A stretch of DNA of 32,000 nucleotides from Methylophilaceae bacterium. GTDB lineage: Bacteria > Pseudomonadota > Gammaproteobacteria > Burkholderiales > Methylophilaceae. The stretch spans positions 1 through 32,000 of the forward strand of contig CANCPF010000020.1 in the NCBI GenBank assembly GCA_947379975.1, given 5' to 3'. The notes beneath the pieces were generated by a model that was given only the letters and a program-made list of their open reading frames with translations, ran no database searches and was not told the origin of the DNA. This document shows, in pieces, positions 1 to 8,641 of the stretch. The translations under genes and the position numbers were made by a program. The stretch's first letter is position 1, and each line of letters begins with the position of its first letter.

Positions 1-552
1 CGCAGTGCGATGTTCTTACGAAAAAAAGTGGCTGAATTAGCCCAATTGTCACCAGAAGAAATGCAAAGTCTGCTTAAGTTGCCTAACCTGAATAAAGCGC
101 CGGTTAATGCTAGGCCTAAGCTCACGCGCACTACTTTATCTATGCATAAACGCTATTGTTTAATGTTGTTAATGCAGCCTGCGCTCGCGCTTCGAGATGA
201 CTTGGCATGGGCTGAAGGTCATGCTGATGAAGATATTTTATTGCAGCAGACTATTGAAACTTGCTTGAATCATCCTCACTCTAAACCTGTAGTAATTATG
301 CGTGAACTTGAAAGTCGGGTTGATACAAAGGTGTTGGCCGAGTTGGAGCGTGAGCTGAATACTCTAGATGAAACTTTGGATTTAGCGCAAGAGCTTGAAG
401 GTGCTAGACGTCAGTTGTATGACGTATATACGCAAAAAAAAGAAGGCCTGTTATTAGCGCAAATTAGTGAAAAGCCCTTGAGCGCACTCACTGATAATGA
501 ACGAACCTTACTGAAAAGTTTAGGTAATAAGCGCAGTCAAAATAGGGCTTAA
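1..552 (+). CDS. dnaG: DNA primase DnaG, C-terminal part (5' end outside window)
   Basis: Frame 1 is open to the window edge. The ORF sits directly upstream of rpoD, as in the conserved rpsU-dnaG-rpoD operon. No catalytic motifs are present in this C-terminal piece, so the call rests on synteny. Confidence 0.6.
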   Translation, partial: RSAMFLRKKVAELAQLSPEEMQSLLKLPNLNKAPVNARPKLTRTTLSMHKRYCLMLLMQPALALRDDLAWAEGHADEDILLQQTIETCLNHPHSKPVVIMRELESRVDTKVLAELERELNTLDETLDLAQELEGARRQLYDVYTQKKEGLLLAQISEKPLSALTDNERTLLKSLGNKRSQNRA

Positions 553-641
553 TTCTGCTATAATGGCTGGTTACGGTAATCATATTCGCTGTGCAAGATT
601 TCGGTAGTACGCACGGTAGATGTATAAACTAGAGGTAAGTG

Positions 642-2582
642 ATGGCAAGACCAAAGAAAAGCGACCAAGTATCTGACAAGAAGAATGTTGAGATTGTTAG
701 CCCTGAGCTACAAGAAGCTAACGCTGAGGAACGCCGCACGCGACTAAAAACCCTGATTATATTGGGTAAAGAGCGTGGCTATTTAACCTACGCTGAAATT
801 AACGATCACTTACCAGACGATGTGCAAGGTTCTGAGCAAATCGATGGCATTATCGGCATGATTAACGATATGGGCATTCAGGTTTACGAAGAAGCGCCTG
901 ATGCCGAAGTCTTGTTAATGTCAGATTCACCACCAGCCGTGACTGATGACGATGCAGTAGCTGAAGCTGAACAAGCGCTTGCCACAGTAGATTCTGATTT
1001 TGGCCGGACGACTGACCCAGTGCGTATGTATATGCGTGAAATGGGTACAGTAGATTTACTTACGCGTGAAAGTGAAATTGAGATTGCACGCCGTATTGAA
1101 GACGGTCTTAAACATATGGTGCAAGCGATTGCTGCCTGCCCAACCACTATTGCGGCCTTATTGGCCATGATAGATAAAGTAGAAGATGACGAATTAAGCG
1201 TTGACGATTTAATTGATGGATTAATTGAATCTGACATTACACCAGCTTTGGCTATCGTGATTGAATCTGACGACGAAGAATCAGACGATGAAGTTGAAGA
1301 TGAAGAGGAAGATGGCGATGAAGATGGTGCAAAAGCTGCTGCTATTTCAGCCGAAGCTTTAGCTAAACTTAAAGAAGAAGTCATCAAACGCTTTGCTATT
1401 GTGCGTGTTGCGCATAAAAAAATGACCGTAATCTTGCCGGTACGTGGTTCGCAAGATCCTGAATATCAAGCATTGCTCGCTGAAATTTTAGAAGAATTAA
1501 CCGCCTTCAGATTTTCACCAAAACAAGTAGAAGGTCTATGTGACCAAGTGCGCGAATTGGTTGAAGCTGTGCGTGGTCATGAGCGTAAAGTATTAGATTT
1601 CTGTGTAGATAAATCTGGCATGCCACGTTTGCACTTTATCAAATCTTTCCCAGGCAATGAAAGCAACTTAAACTGGCTCGCAGAAGAACTTAAAGCTGAG
1701 AAGCCTTACGTTGAAAAACTAATTCGTTATAACCACTCTATTTTAGATCAGCAACAACGTTTGATTAATCTAGAAAAAAATGTCGGTATTCCAATCAAAG
1801 AGCTTAAAGAAATTAATAAGCAAATGACCACTGGCGAGGCGCGTGCGCGTCGTGCCAAGCGTGAAATGATTGAAGCTAACTTGCGTTTAGTGATCTCTAT
1901 TGCAAAAAAATACACCAATCGTGGTCTGCAATTCTTGGATCTTATTCAAGAAGGCAATATCGGCCTGATGAAAGCGGTTGATAAATTTGAATACCGTCGC
2001 GGTTTCAAGTTCTCAACTTATGCCACATGGTGGATACGCCAAGCGATTACTCGTTCAATTGCGGATCAGGCACGTACCATTCGAATTCCAGTGCATATGA
2101 TAGAAACGATTAACAAAATGAATCGTATCAGCCGTCAAATTTTACAAGAAACAGGTGTAGAGCCTGATCCAGCGCTACTTGCAGAAAAAATGGAAATGCC
2201 TGAAGATAAGATTCGTAAAATCTTAAAAATCAGTAAAGAGCCTATCTCAATGGAAACGCCGATTGGTGATGATGAAGATTCACATCTAGGTGACTTTATT
2301 GAAGATGGTCAAACATTAGCGCCGGTAGATGCCGCAATTTACGCAAGTTTGCGCGATGCGACCAGTGAAGTGTTAGAATCGCTTACCCCGCGTGAAGCAA
2401 AAGTATTGCGTATGCGTTTTGGTATTGAAATGAATACCGATCATACGCTAGAAGAAGTGGGTAAACAGTTTGATGTAACACGTGAACGTATTCGCCAAAT
2501 TGAGGCAAAAGCGTTGCGTAAATTGCGTCATCCTACACGCTCAGAACGCTTGCGTAGCTTTTTAGAAACAGGTCAAGACTAG
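642..2582 (+). CDS. rpoD: RNA polymerase primary sigma factor (sigma-70)
   Basis: Region 2 motif [39 protein letters not shown]. Region 4 motif [30 protein letters not shown]. Acidic non-conserved insert ([22 protein letters not shown]). ATG at 642 is preceded by GAGGT; GTG at 639 is an alternative start. Confidence 0.97.
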   Translation: MARPKKSDQVSDKKNVEIVSPELQEANAEERRTRLKTLIILGKERGYLTYAEINDHLPDDVQGSEQIDGIIGMINDMGIQVYEEAPDAEVLLMSDSPPAVTDDDAVAEAEQALATVDSDFGRTTDPVRMYMREMGTVDLLTRESEIEIARRIEDGLKHMVQAIAACPTTIAALLAMIDKVEDDELSVDDLIDGLIESDITPALAIVIESDDEESDDEVEDEEEDGDEDGAKAAAISAEALAKLKEEVIKRFAIVRVAHKKMTVILPVRGSQDPEYQALLAEILEELTAFRFSPKQVEGLCDQVRELVEAVRGHERKVLDFCVDKSGMPRLHFIKSFPGNESNLNWLAEELKAEKPYVEKLIRYNHSILDQQQRLINLEKNVGIPIKELKEINKQMTTGEARARRAKREMIEANLRLVISIAKKYTNRGLQFLDLIQEGNIGLMKAVDKFEYRRGFKFSTYATWWIRQAITRSIADQARTIRIPVHMIETINKMNRISRQILQETGVEPDPALLAEKMEMPEDKIRKILKISKEPISMETPIGDDEDSHLGDFIEDGQTLAPVDAAIYASLRDATSEVLESLTPREAKVLRMRFGIEMNTDHTLEEVGKQFDVTRERIRQIEAKALRKLRHPTRSERLRSFLETGQD

Positions 2583-2630
2583 TTCAAAACCCGTAATAAA
2601 AATCAGACATATAAATAATTAAAGGTTTTC

Positions 2631-2673
2631 GGCCCCCTAGCTCATGCTTGGTTAGAGCAGCGGACTCATAATC
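2631..2673 (+). pseudogene. 5' half of resident tRNA-Ile2(CAU), severed in the anticodon loop by island insertion
   Basis: GGCCCCC-TA-GCTC...GAGC-A-GCGGA-CTCATAA-TC, followed by unrelated AT-rich DNA. Identical to the island tRNA 5' exon except at position 7 (C versus T). Confidence 0.85.
2664..2673. repeat. attL core (ACTCATAATC), direct repeat of 27883-27892
   Basis: The exact 10-bp repeat lies at the two points where tRNA sequence meets island sequence. Confidence 0.8.
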
Positions 2674-2747
2674 TATTTAAGAAGTTTAGTTCTAGCAATA
2701 AAATAGTTATAAATCAGTAGGTTAGTTGTAGTAAAATAGTTAAAAAT

Positions 2748-2808
2748 TGCTTCCACAGTGCTTCCACAGTTTTTGTGGAAGTAAAGCAGCAGACCTGTGG
2801 AAGTAAAG
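2748..2808. promoter_or_regulatory. Cluster of four CTTCCACA repeats, putative integrase arm-type sites (left arm)
   Basis: TGCTTCCACAG occurs in tandem at 2748-2758 and 2759-2769. The inverted TGTGGAAGTAAAG occurs at 2774-2786 and 2796-2808. The same motif recurs at 3658-3665 and at 27805-27825, near the other island end. Confidence 0.55.
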
Positions 2809-2818
2809 TAAAGTTTTC

Positions 2819-3100
2819 GGCCCCTTAGCTCATGCTTGGTTAGAGCAGCGGACTCATAAAAAATTGTGCCATACGTTTGGAAACTGCGTATGGGATGGTG
2901 TCAAATTCGGTGAAACCTGACGGCAGAAATGCACAAGGCAATGCCGAGCGAAGCTTAGTGTGAAAGCACTTTGAACGTGTAGAGACTTGACGGCACCCAC
3001 CTAAAGCTTCGGCCATGGTGAAGACAAAGTCCAGGGAGTGGTGAAAGCCACACAAACCAGAATCCGTTGGTGCTGTGTTCGACTCACAGAGGGGCCACCA
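2819..3100 (+). tRNA. ileX: tRNA-Ile2 (anticodon CAU, lysidine type) interrupted by a group I intron
   Basis: Exons 2819-2857 and 3061-3100 join to a cloverleaf: acceptor GGCCCCT/AGGGGCC, anticodon stem GCGGA/TCCGT, loop CTCATAA, T arm CTGTG-TTCGACT-CACAG, encoded CCA. The G1:C72 pair and a non-GGG anticodon stem argue against an initiator tRNA. From memory it closely resembles E. coli ileX (GGCCCCUUAGCUCA...). Confidence 0.88.
2858..3060 (+). ncRNA. Group I intron (IC3, Azoarcus tRNA-Ile type), no ORF
   Basis: Inserted after CAU (between nt 36 and 37). The internal guide GTG (2866-2868) can pair with exon CAT through a U.G wobble. Core strings GGGATGGTGTCAAATTCGGTGAAACC and GTGTAGAGACTTGACGGCACCCACCTAA match my memory of the Azoarcus intron. 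The P2 arms CCATACG/CGTATGG are complementary. The terminal G at 3060 precedes exon AATCCG. Confidence 0.85.
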
Positions 3101-3110
3101 AAATAGATAA

Positions 3111-3139
3111 CCTCAGCTAGAGATAGCTGGGGTTTTTTT
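3111..3139 (+). terminator. Rho-independent terminator of island tRNA
   Basis: CCTCAGCTA-gaga-TAGCTGGGG followed by TTTTTTT. Confidence 0.75.
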
Positions 3140-3264
3140 ATATTTTTAAATTAGATAATGTGAGAATATAAACAAATAGGTGATCAGTTGTATTTTGCGG
3201 GTAAAAACTAAAAATCCAGTTTTTTGAAATATGTTAATTATGATAAATTTTATGGGGATATAAA

Positions 3265-3588
3265 ATGGCTATCAAATTTGCTAGATTCAATATAGAGCTT
3301 TCAGAAACCTCGAATTCAGAGAAAATAGCTGATGAGTGGCAAAGTATGTTAAACGATGCTGCAATCGAAGGCTATGCTAATAGTTATGAGATATTCTACT
3401 CCTCGCAGCTAGGAGTTGTCGGGGTAAGCATTCCTTATGAATCTGAGGATCCAATATCACTTCTAGAGGCTGGTGCGGTATTAGGATTTTGTCAGTCAAG
3501 ATGCGAGCAGTCAGACATTGGAGAGGGCCAAAGCATGTGGTTGTCTTTACATGAAGCTGATGATTCAACCATTTATTCCCCAATCTGA
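3265..3588 (+). CDS. Hypothetical small, strongly acidic protein
   Basis: 107-aa ORF with GGGGA upstream of the ATG. By my count about 18 D/E versus 4 K/R. No recognisable motif. Confidence 0.5.
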   Translation: MAIKFARFNIELSETSNSEKIADEWQSMLNDAAIEGYANSYEIFYSSQLGVVGVSIPYESEDPISLLEAGAVLGFCQSRCEQSDIGEGQSMWLSLHEADDSTIYSPI

Positions 3589-3622
3589 TGTTCACAATCG
3601 TTAAAAGTTGTGACGCTTTTTT

Positions 3623-3676
3623 AATTTTCTTTTACTACTAAAAGCTCTCTAAATATTCTTCCACAAAATCCGTTGC
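3623..3676. repeat. Degenerate att-like sequence upstream of int
   Basis: ATTTTCTTTTACTACT resembles the island right end ATTTCTTGAAACTACT (27871-27886). CTTCCACA followed by AAATCCGTTG resembles the core plus the start of the tRNA 3' half (CTCATAATCCGTTG). Confidence 0.35.
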
Positions 3677-3707
3677 TTTTTTCCCTACATGATCTTACAT
3701 TTACAAC

Positions 3708-5081
3708 ATGCCTGAAAAAGTCGAAACTACCTATCAAATCCTGCCTCGTGAATTGATTGTTTATCAGCGCGGAGATAGTGATGTTTGGCAATGCCGTCTC
3801 AAAGTGGACAGCAAATGGTTTTCTAAAACCACAAAAGAGCGTGATCTAAATAAAGCCATAGAACGTGCTAAGCGTTTGTTATTTGAAGCGCAACTTCGTA
3901 AAGAATCAAACATTCCCATAGTCACTAAAAAATTCCGTGACATAGCAAGGCTTGCCAAGCAGCAGATGCTTGACGAGCTAGCTAATCCTAAAATGAAAGC
4001 GCCTGTTTCATTTAATCAATACATCAAGATTATTGATGATTATTTGACTCCATTCTTTGGTAATAAGAATATTGATGGCATCAATTTTGAAGCGTTGGAT
4101 GAGTATGAAATTTGGCGCACTAAAGAAATGGGCAAAGCACCTGCCTACAGCACTGTACGCAAACACAACGTCACATTAAATAGAGTATTTGATAAGGCTG
4201 TTGAAAAAGGTTACATCACCCAATCAAGCAAACCCAAGCTTGAAACCAAAGGGCAAAAGTCTACTGAGTATGCAACGTTTGATGTCACGGAAGTTAATGC
4301 AGTGCTGGGTAATTTTCCAAGTTGGATTGCTAACACCAAGAATCAAGAAAAGCGCGAACAACGCGAGTTGTTATATGACTATGTACGTGTGCTCCTTGAC
4401 ACAGGAGCACGCCCGGGCAAAGAGTTATTGGATCTCCAATGGAAGAACATTAGGTGCAGAATTGCTGTCAGTGATGATGTCATTCGTCAGGTGGATGAAG
4501 AGGGTAATGTCATTGAAATGACGCATGAAGGTTTAGATGATGCAGGTGAATCGAATCCATTAACAAAATGGGAAGCCACAGTTTCGATGTCAGTGTATGG
4601 CAAAACCAAAGACAGAATTGCGAACGGATTTGATGCTACGTTTAATGTGCTTAAAGAGATTGTTGCTAGGAATTATCCCAACACAGAATTAACTCTGAAA
4701 AAGCTCACTGAAGCGAATGATGAAAGGTTTGTGTTTAGAACACGATCTGATAAAGAGCCCAGCAGCTTTAATCATCTGTTTGATCGTTACCTTGATGAAC
4801 ATAGCTTACTAATCGATCGTAATACGGGTAGAAAACGTGTTTTTTATAGCTTGCGAAGTGCATATGCGACAACAGTGATGAATATGGATCAAGTGCCTAT
4901 AAGAGACTTATCTAAGCAGTTAGGTAATTCTGTTGGAATTATCCAGAAGCATTATGATAGGGCTACTGGGGATGCTATCGTTGAAAACGTCAGAGCACCT
5001 AATGCTAGAAAAGCGTTGTTTAATACAGACTCAGTTGCTGATATCTATAAGTCCAAAAAAAATAATATTAAGAACAAGTAA
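3708..5081 (+). CDS. int: Tyrosine recombinase / island integrase
   Basis: 457 aa. Catalytic-domain signatures LLDTGARPGKELLDLQW (Arg I), FYSLRSAYAT (box II) and GIIQKHYDR (catalytic Tyr). Sits next to a tRNA at an island end. Confidence 0.9.
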   Translation: MPEKVETTYQILPRELIVYQRGDSDVWQCRLKVDSKWFSKTTKERDLNKAIERAKRLLFEAQLRKESNIPIVTKKFRDIARLAKQQMLDELANPKMKAPVSFNQYIKIIDDYLTPFFGNKNIDGINFEALDEYEIWRTKEMGKAPAYSTVRKHNVTLNRVFDKAVEKGYITQSSKPKLETKGQKSTEYATFDVTEVNAVLGNFPSWIANTKNQEKREQRELLYDYVRVLLDTGARPGKELLDLQWKNIRCRIAVSDDVIRQVDEEGNVIEMTHEGLDDAGESNPLTKWEATVSMSVYGKTKDRIANGFDATFNVLKEIVARNYPNTELTLKKLTEANDERFVFRTRSDKEPSSFNHLFDRYLDEHSLLIDRNTGRKRVFYSLRSAYATTVMNMDQVPIRDLSKQLGNSVGIIQKHYDRATGDAIVENVRAPNARKALFNTDSVADIYKSKKNNIKNK

Positions 5082-5221
5082 ATTTGATAGGTATTAGGAT
5101 TGATCGAACGGGCAGCTATTCGCAAGTATTAGTGTCTTAGCATTCGATGTCCTGATTTCGGTTGTCCATGAGCCGAGGTCGACCATACACTAGCGCTAAC
5201 ACTTTATAGGTTAGTACTAGC

Positions 5222-5593
5222 ATGCAAGAATCACTCACAGCAGATTTCCTCTCAGCACTTAGCTATTTTACAGGCACTGAAAAATACTACCGACTCTATC
5301 CAAAAGTAGTATTAACGGATGGTGCAAAATATCTTGCTGATACCGCAGGCTGTTATTGGTTGATGGATTTATATGCGTCACATCTGTCCGCGATTGACCC
5401 GAGCATTGAGAGTTTTACCTGTCTCAAGCTCACTAAAAATGGCATCGGTGCAGCAATAGTGATCGAGGATGGCAATAGCCATACACTCGCCAAGCAGTTT
5501 GTCGAATACACTGATTTTTCGTTAAGTAGCTTTATTTTTTACGCTGTTTGGGCAGGTGACTTTTGGGTGTTGATGCTGACTAGTGAGTATTAA
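5222..5593 (+). CDS. Hypothetical protein, possibly a DUF6876-type family associated with mobile elements
   Basis: 123-aa ORF. The pattern FTGTEKYYR...LTDGAKYLADTAGCYWLMD resembles, from memory, a small family found on plasmids and ICEs. Not verified. Confidence 0.55.
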   Translation: MQESLTADFLSALSYFTGTEKYYRLYPKVVLTDGAKYLADTAGCYWLMDLYASHLSAIDPSIESFTCLKLTKNGIGAAIVIEDGNSHTLAKQFVEYTDFSLSSFIFYAVWAGDFWVLMLTSEY

Positions 5594-5614
5594 AAAAGGG
5601 AGCCAAAGCTCCCC
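5592..5614 (-). terminator. Rho-independent terminator of the 7571-5638 minus-strand operon
   Basis: GGGAGC-caaa-GCTCCC, with a T-run on the minus strand (AAAAAA on plus at 5592-5597). Confidence 0.7.
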
Positions 5615-5637
5615 TGAAATCACACCATAGATATTAG

Positions 5638-6156
5638 TTAAATGTTAATAGGGTTAAAAGTCTCGAAATTATAATGAGGCTGAATGAATGTGCCAGATCT
5701 AACAGCTCTGCTTTCGGCCTTACCATCAGCGTAAATCCGAATGCTTTCGAAGTAGACATAACGATTTTTTTCGTTAGCTGTGCAAGCAATCTCAATCCAG
5801 CCATTAATAATCGTATTAACAAATTCATTGCTCAGCTCTTCTAAAGAAATTTGCTGAGTTTCAATATCAGATTCCCTAATCTCGTCATCTGAAGCTTCGT
5901 TGAATGAGATTCTCTTCATTGAACCATCATTATTTAACATTACAACTGCAATTGGTATTTCAGGGAGTACTGTTGGATACTGGCAGTTAAAATCGTCGTA
6001 ATACCAAAAAGTAAGTTTCCCCTCTATTTCATCTGCTGTCCATTCCCCATTCGCGTTGCTCCAGTTGTAGCGATTTAAGATTGAAACTAATTCTGCAGAA
6101 TTAACTACACAATCCTCTGAAGTTGATAAAATGATACCACCGTATGCGTCTGACAT
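5638..6156 (-). CDS. Hypothetical protein
   Basis: The internal ATG at 6156 (MSDAYGG...) is preceded by AAGGTGAAAA. The longer track ORF start at 6225 would read through a 25-bp palindrome, so I shortened it. Confidence 0.6.
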   Translation of the reverse strand: MSDAYGGIILSTSEDCVVNSAELVSILNRYNWSNANGEWTADEIEGKLTFWYYDDFNCQYPTVLPEIPIAVVMLNNDGSMKRISFNEASDDEIRESDIETQQISLEELSNEFVNTIINGWIEIACTANEKNRYVYFESIRIYADGKAESRAVRSGTFIQPHYNFETFNPINI

Positions 6157-6188
6157 AATTTTCACCTTATAATTTAATGATGTTGATT

Positions 6189-6213
6189 GCAGCGTTACAA
6201 GTTGTAACGCTGC
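6189..6213. repeat. Palindrome GCAGCGTTAC-aagtt-GTAACGCTGC, member of the island CGTTAC-N5-GTAACG family
   Basis: Perfect 10-bp arms with a 5-nt spacer, in the spacer between two minus-strand genes. Confidence 0.7.
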
Positions 6214-6225
6214 GTTTGCAAACAA

Positions 6226-7032
6226 TTAGGTTGATGCTAATTGTTTAGTTCGTTCAGCTTCGCTATTTGCACGCTCGCGTTCCATTTGCACACCGCGCTT
6301 TTCAGCACGCTTAATATTTGCAGCTTCAATAAACTTTCTGCCTGCTTTGCTATCTTTATCCCAATCTTTAAAAGCAAAGTCCCCAATCAGTTTTGTTGCC
6401 CGCTGTTCAAAAGCTAAATCGGCAGGCACTTTCATTACGACATGTAGCTGTTTGCCAGTATTAATGCACATTAAGTATTCATAGCGGCATTCTGAATCCA
6501 TTCGATTGAGGCTGCTGTCTAGCACTTCAAACGGTATTTCTTCACGTGCTAATAAGTACTCCTCTGCTAGTGCGAACCTTTCATTAATAATTGCCTCTGC
6601 TTTTTCCTTCATATCCGCATCAACACCAATTGCACGTATGTGCTCTATTCCTCCTTCTGTTTCAGCAAACTCAGCAAAGTTATCTGCTTTAATGTTGCTA
6701 GCAATAGCAGTATCAATTGCACGTGCATACACATGTGTTGTTTTACGATCTGCACGAGTGATGTATTTCACTAAAATAGCTGTCGTTGAACTGTTAGCTT
6801 GTGTTTTGATGTTGTACTGATTTTGTAATTCACGTCTGATGCTACTAATAAGCGCATCCCTTTCAGTGCTTGCGTTTACTGCAGCAGTAAAACGCATGAT
6901 GTTGGCTATCATTTCATATAAGGCCTTGCGGCCCCCAATGACGTATTGCGTATTAAATGCTTCATGCGCCTTAGCTAAGTCCATAGCCTGTGTTATCAAA
7001 GATTTTTTCATAATTAAATTAGTTGTTTGCAT
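6226..7032 (-). CDS. Hypothetical protein
   Basis: 268-aa ORF with GAAAGGAAC upstream of the ATG. No recognisable motif. Confidence 0.65.
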   Translation of the reverse strand: MQTTNLIMKKSLITQAMDLAKAHEAFNTQYVIGGRKALYEMIANIMRFTAAVNASTERDALISSIRRELQNQYNIKTQANSSTTAILVKYITRADRKTTHVYARAIDTAIASNIKADNFAEFAETEGGIEHIRAIGVDADMKEKAEAIINERFALAEEYLLAREEIPFEVLDSSLNRMDSECRYEYLMCINTGKQLHVVMKVPADLAFEQRATKLIGDFAFKDWDKDSKAGRKFIEAANIKRAEKRGVQMERERANSEAERTKQLAST

Positions 7033-7048
7033 ATATGTTCCTTTCTAG

Positions 7049-7390
7049 TTAAGCCAAATAACGCATTGCATTCATGTGTTCTACCAAACCATCGCGATCG
7101 TTGAAACTGATGCCGTAACGTTTACACGCTTTAATTCTTGCTTGTGTTACTAAGGAGTCTTTCAGGCAAAAGCCATGTGCATTCATAGTGATTACATCGA
7201 TTTTGTCTAATACCTTCACGTCGTTCTTGTTCAGCTTTTGATTAGTTTGTACTTTTGCTATTGCGCTCATATAAATCGTTAACTCACGTTTATCTAAATT
7301 CTTAGAAATTGAGTGCGTTGTATCTAAAGCACTTACCTTATCGTTAAAAAATATTTTGCTAACAGGTACCATTGCTAATTGACCGTTCAT
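7049..7390 (-). CDS. Hypothetical protein
   Basis: 113-aa ORF with ACAGGAGAA upstream of the ATG. Confidence 0.6.
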   Translation of the reverse strand: MNGQLAMVPVSKIFFNDKVSALDTTHSISKNLDKRELTIYMSAIAKVQTNQKLNKNDVKVLDKIDVITMNAHGFCLKDSLVTQARIKACKRYGISFNDRDGLVEHMNAMRYLA

Positions 7391-7409
7391 AAAAATTCTC
7401 CTGTATTAA

Positions 7410-7571
7410 TTAGTTAAATTGGTTAAGTAATGAAATTGATTGATTACGGATGCTATGCAAGTTAATAGAGTCAAAGTTGTTACCAGTATTGAGGTAACAA
7501 CGATTAGTCATATAAGCATCAAAGTAGCTATCCGCTAATTGCCCTGCGATTAATTCAAGTTCGTTCATCAT
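7410..7571 (-). CDS. Hypothetical small protein (53 aa), not in the ORF track
   Basis: My own translation is MMNELELIAGQLADSYFDAYMTNRCYLNTGNNFDSINLHSIRNQSISLLNQFN. AAGGA lies 8 nt upstream. The ORF stops 19 nt before the next gene's start. Confidence 0.35.
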   Translation of the reverse strand: MMNELELIAGQLADSYFDAYMTNRCYLNTGNNFDSINLHSIRNQSISLLNQFN

Positions 7572-7678
7572 TTTTAAATCCTTAGTCATCCAGCGAATTG
7601 CTGTATAGCCATCATATATATTATTAACAATCTATATTATTTCATCATTTATTTCAAAATACATGTTAATATTTAAAT

Positions 7679-8503
7679 GTGTGGATTAAGCAAAAAAAAC
7701 TACCATTTTTCGAGGTGCTAAGTTCCGACTTTGGCGTTACAGGGTTATCTGTTAGGCCTGATTGGCGTTATGAAGTGGTTGTTGATTACTTGAAATTGAG
7801 TCCAAGTTTTTTGGCTCTAAGAAGACAGGAGCTGGCCCATTCAATTTCCCAAGTACTACCAATTGATTACGAACTAGTAAAACAGGTGTTTGATGACTTT
7901 GGTCCCGTGTTCACGATGCGAGAGTATGATTGGTGGCCAACGATTGGTAAGCACTTGTATGGTGTTAAGGCCCCAGACCCTAAAGTTCTAGTAGTTGCAG
8001 AGTTGGATGAATCTAATCAAAAGATTACTGTAAAAAAGACCGCTGCACATAGTTTGGTTGTCCAGATACCACTCTCTATAACTAAATCACAGGCGATTAA
8101 AGAGTTTAAGAAGTTAGTGGATGGGTATACATTTGTTAATGCAGTGCCCAAAGAAGTCACCCCTAAATATCAACTAACCAATAGCAAGTTGACCAAGCAG
8201 ACTTTAATGCTTGGATTAAAGGCCTTGCGTTTATATAAGCAAGAAATGCCTTTGTGGCAGATCGGAAATCAGCTGAGATTAATACCTGGGCAATGTTTTG
8301 ATGAAAGTTTGTTAGATAAGCCCAAAGCCTATTTGTATTCAGATAATAAGGAAGTGTTGAGTATTGCTGCTAGTCGATTAATTAAGACTGCAGCGTTAAT
8401 CGCAGAGAATGCTGCAAGAGGTCGCTTCCCTTCGGATAAGCCATTTAAGGAAGCGATACTAGATCCATTTAAGCGTAAAGCTGGCAGACCTAAGAATATT
8501 TAA
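7679..8503 (+). CDS. Hypothetical protein with C-terminal AT-hook-like KRKAGRPKN
   Basis: 274-aa ORF with a GTG start in the track; the start is uncertain. Confidence 0.55.
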   Translation: MWIKQKKLPFFEVLSSDFGVTGLSVRPDWRYEVVVDYLKLSPSFLALRRQELAHSISQVLPIDYELVKQVFDDFGPVFTMREYDWWPTIGKHLYGVKAPDPKVLVVAELDESNQKITVKKTAAHSLVVQIPLSITKSQAIKEFKKLVDGYTFVNAVPKEVTPKYQLTNSKLTKQTLMLGLKALRLYKQEMPLWQIGNQLRLIPGQCFDESLLDKPKAYLYSDNKEVLSIAASRLIKTAALIAENAARGRFPSDKPFKEAILDPFKRKAGRPKNI

Positions 8504-8547
8504 ACCAACTCAACTGCGTTGTGCGTGTGTCCTGTAACGCCATCAAT
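8500..8547 (-). pseudogene. 3'-terminal remnant of a second small tyrosine recombinase gene
   Basis: The minus strand reads IDGVTGHTHNAVELV-stop. The intact recombinase at 9045-9611 ends IDTRPDILRNAVELV-stop. The nucleotide string AACTCAACTGC is shared. Confidence 0.4.
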
Positions 8548-8641
8548 CCCAGCCTTATTTAAAACGACTAATATTTGCCTATATTTAAATTAAGGTTCAG
8601 TATTACTCTTAATTAATTAACCTATAATTGTTTGGAGTTTT

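Noticed and set aside
884-1387. 167-aa Ser-rich antisense ORF inside rpoD
   Set aside because: It is a shadow of the acidic GAx-repeat region of sigma-70 on the opposite strand.
2840-3055. 71-aa minus-strand ORF
   Set aside because: It lies wholly inside the group I intron of the island tRNA. It has no Shine-Dalgarno sequence and is an artefact of structured RNA sequence.
4189-4521. Internal alternative-frame and antisense ORFs in the track (for example 3377-3595, 3764-3958, 4189-4521, 6506-6820, 6839-7048, 12085-12336, 13921-14208, 16353-16559, 20979-21562, 23135-23320, 23737-23934, 24946-25143, 25742-25942, 26191-26430, 29157-29399)
   Set aside because: All are nested in or antisense to longer ORFs with recognisable domains or better start contexts.
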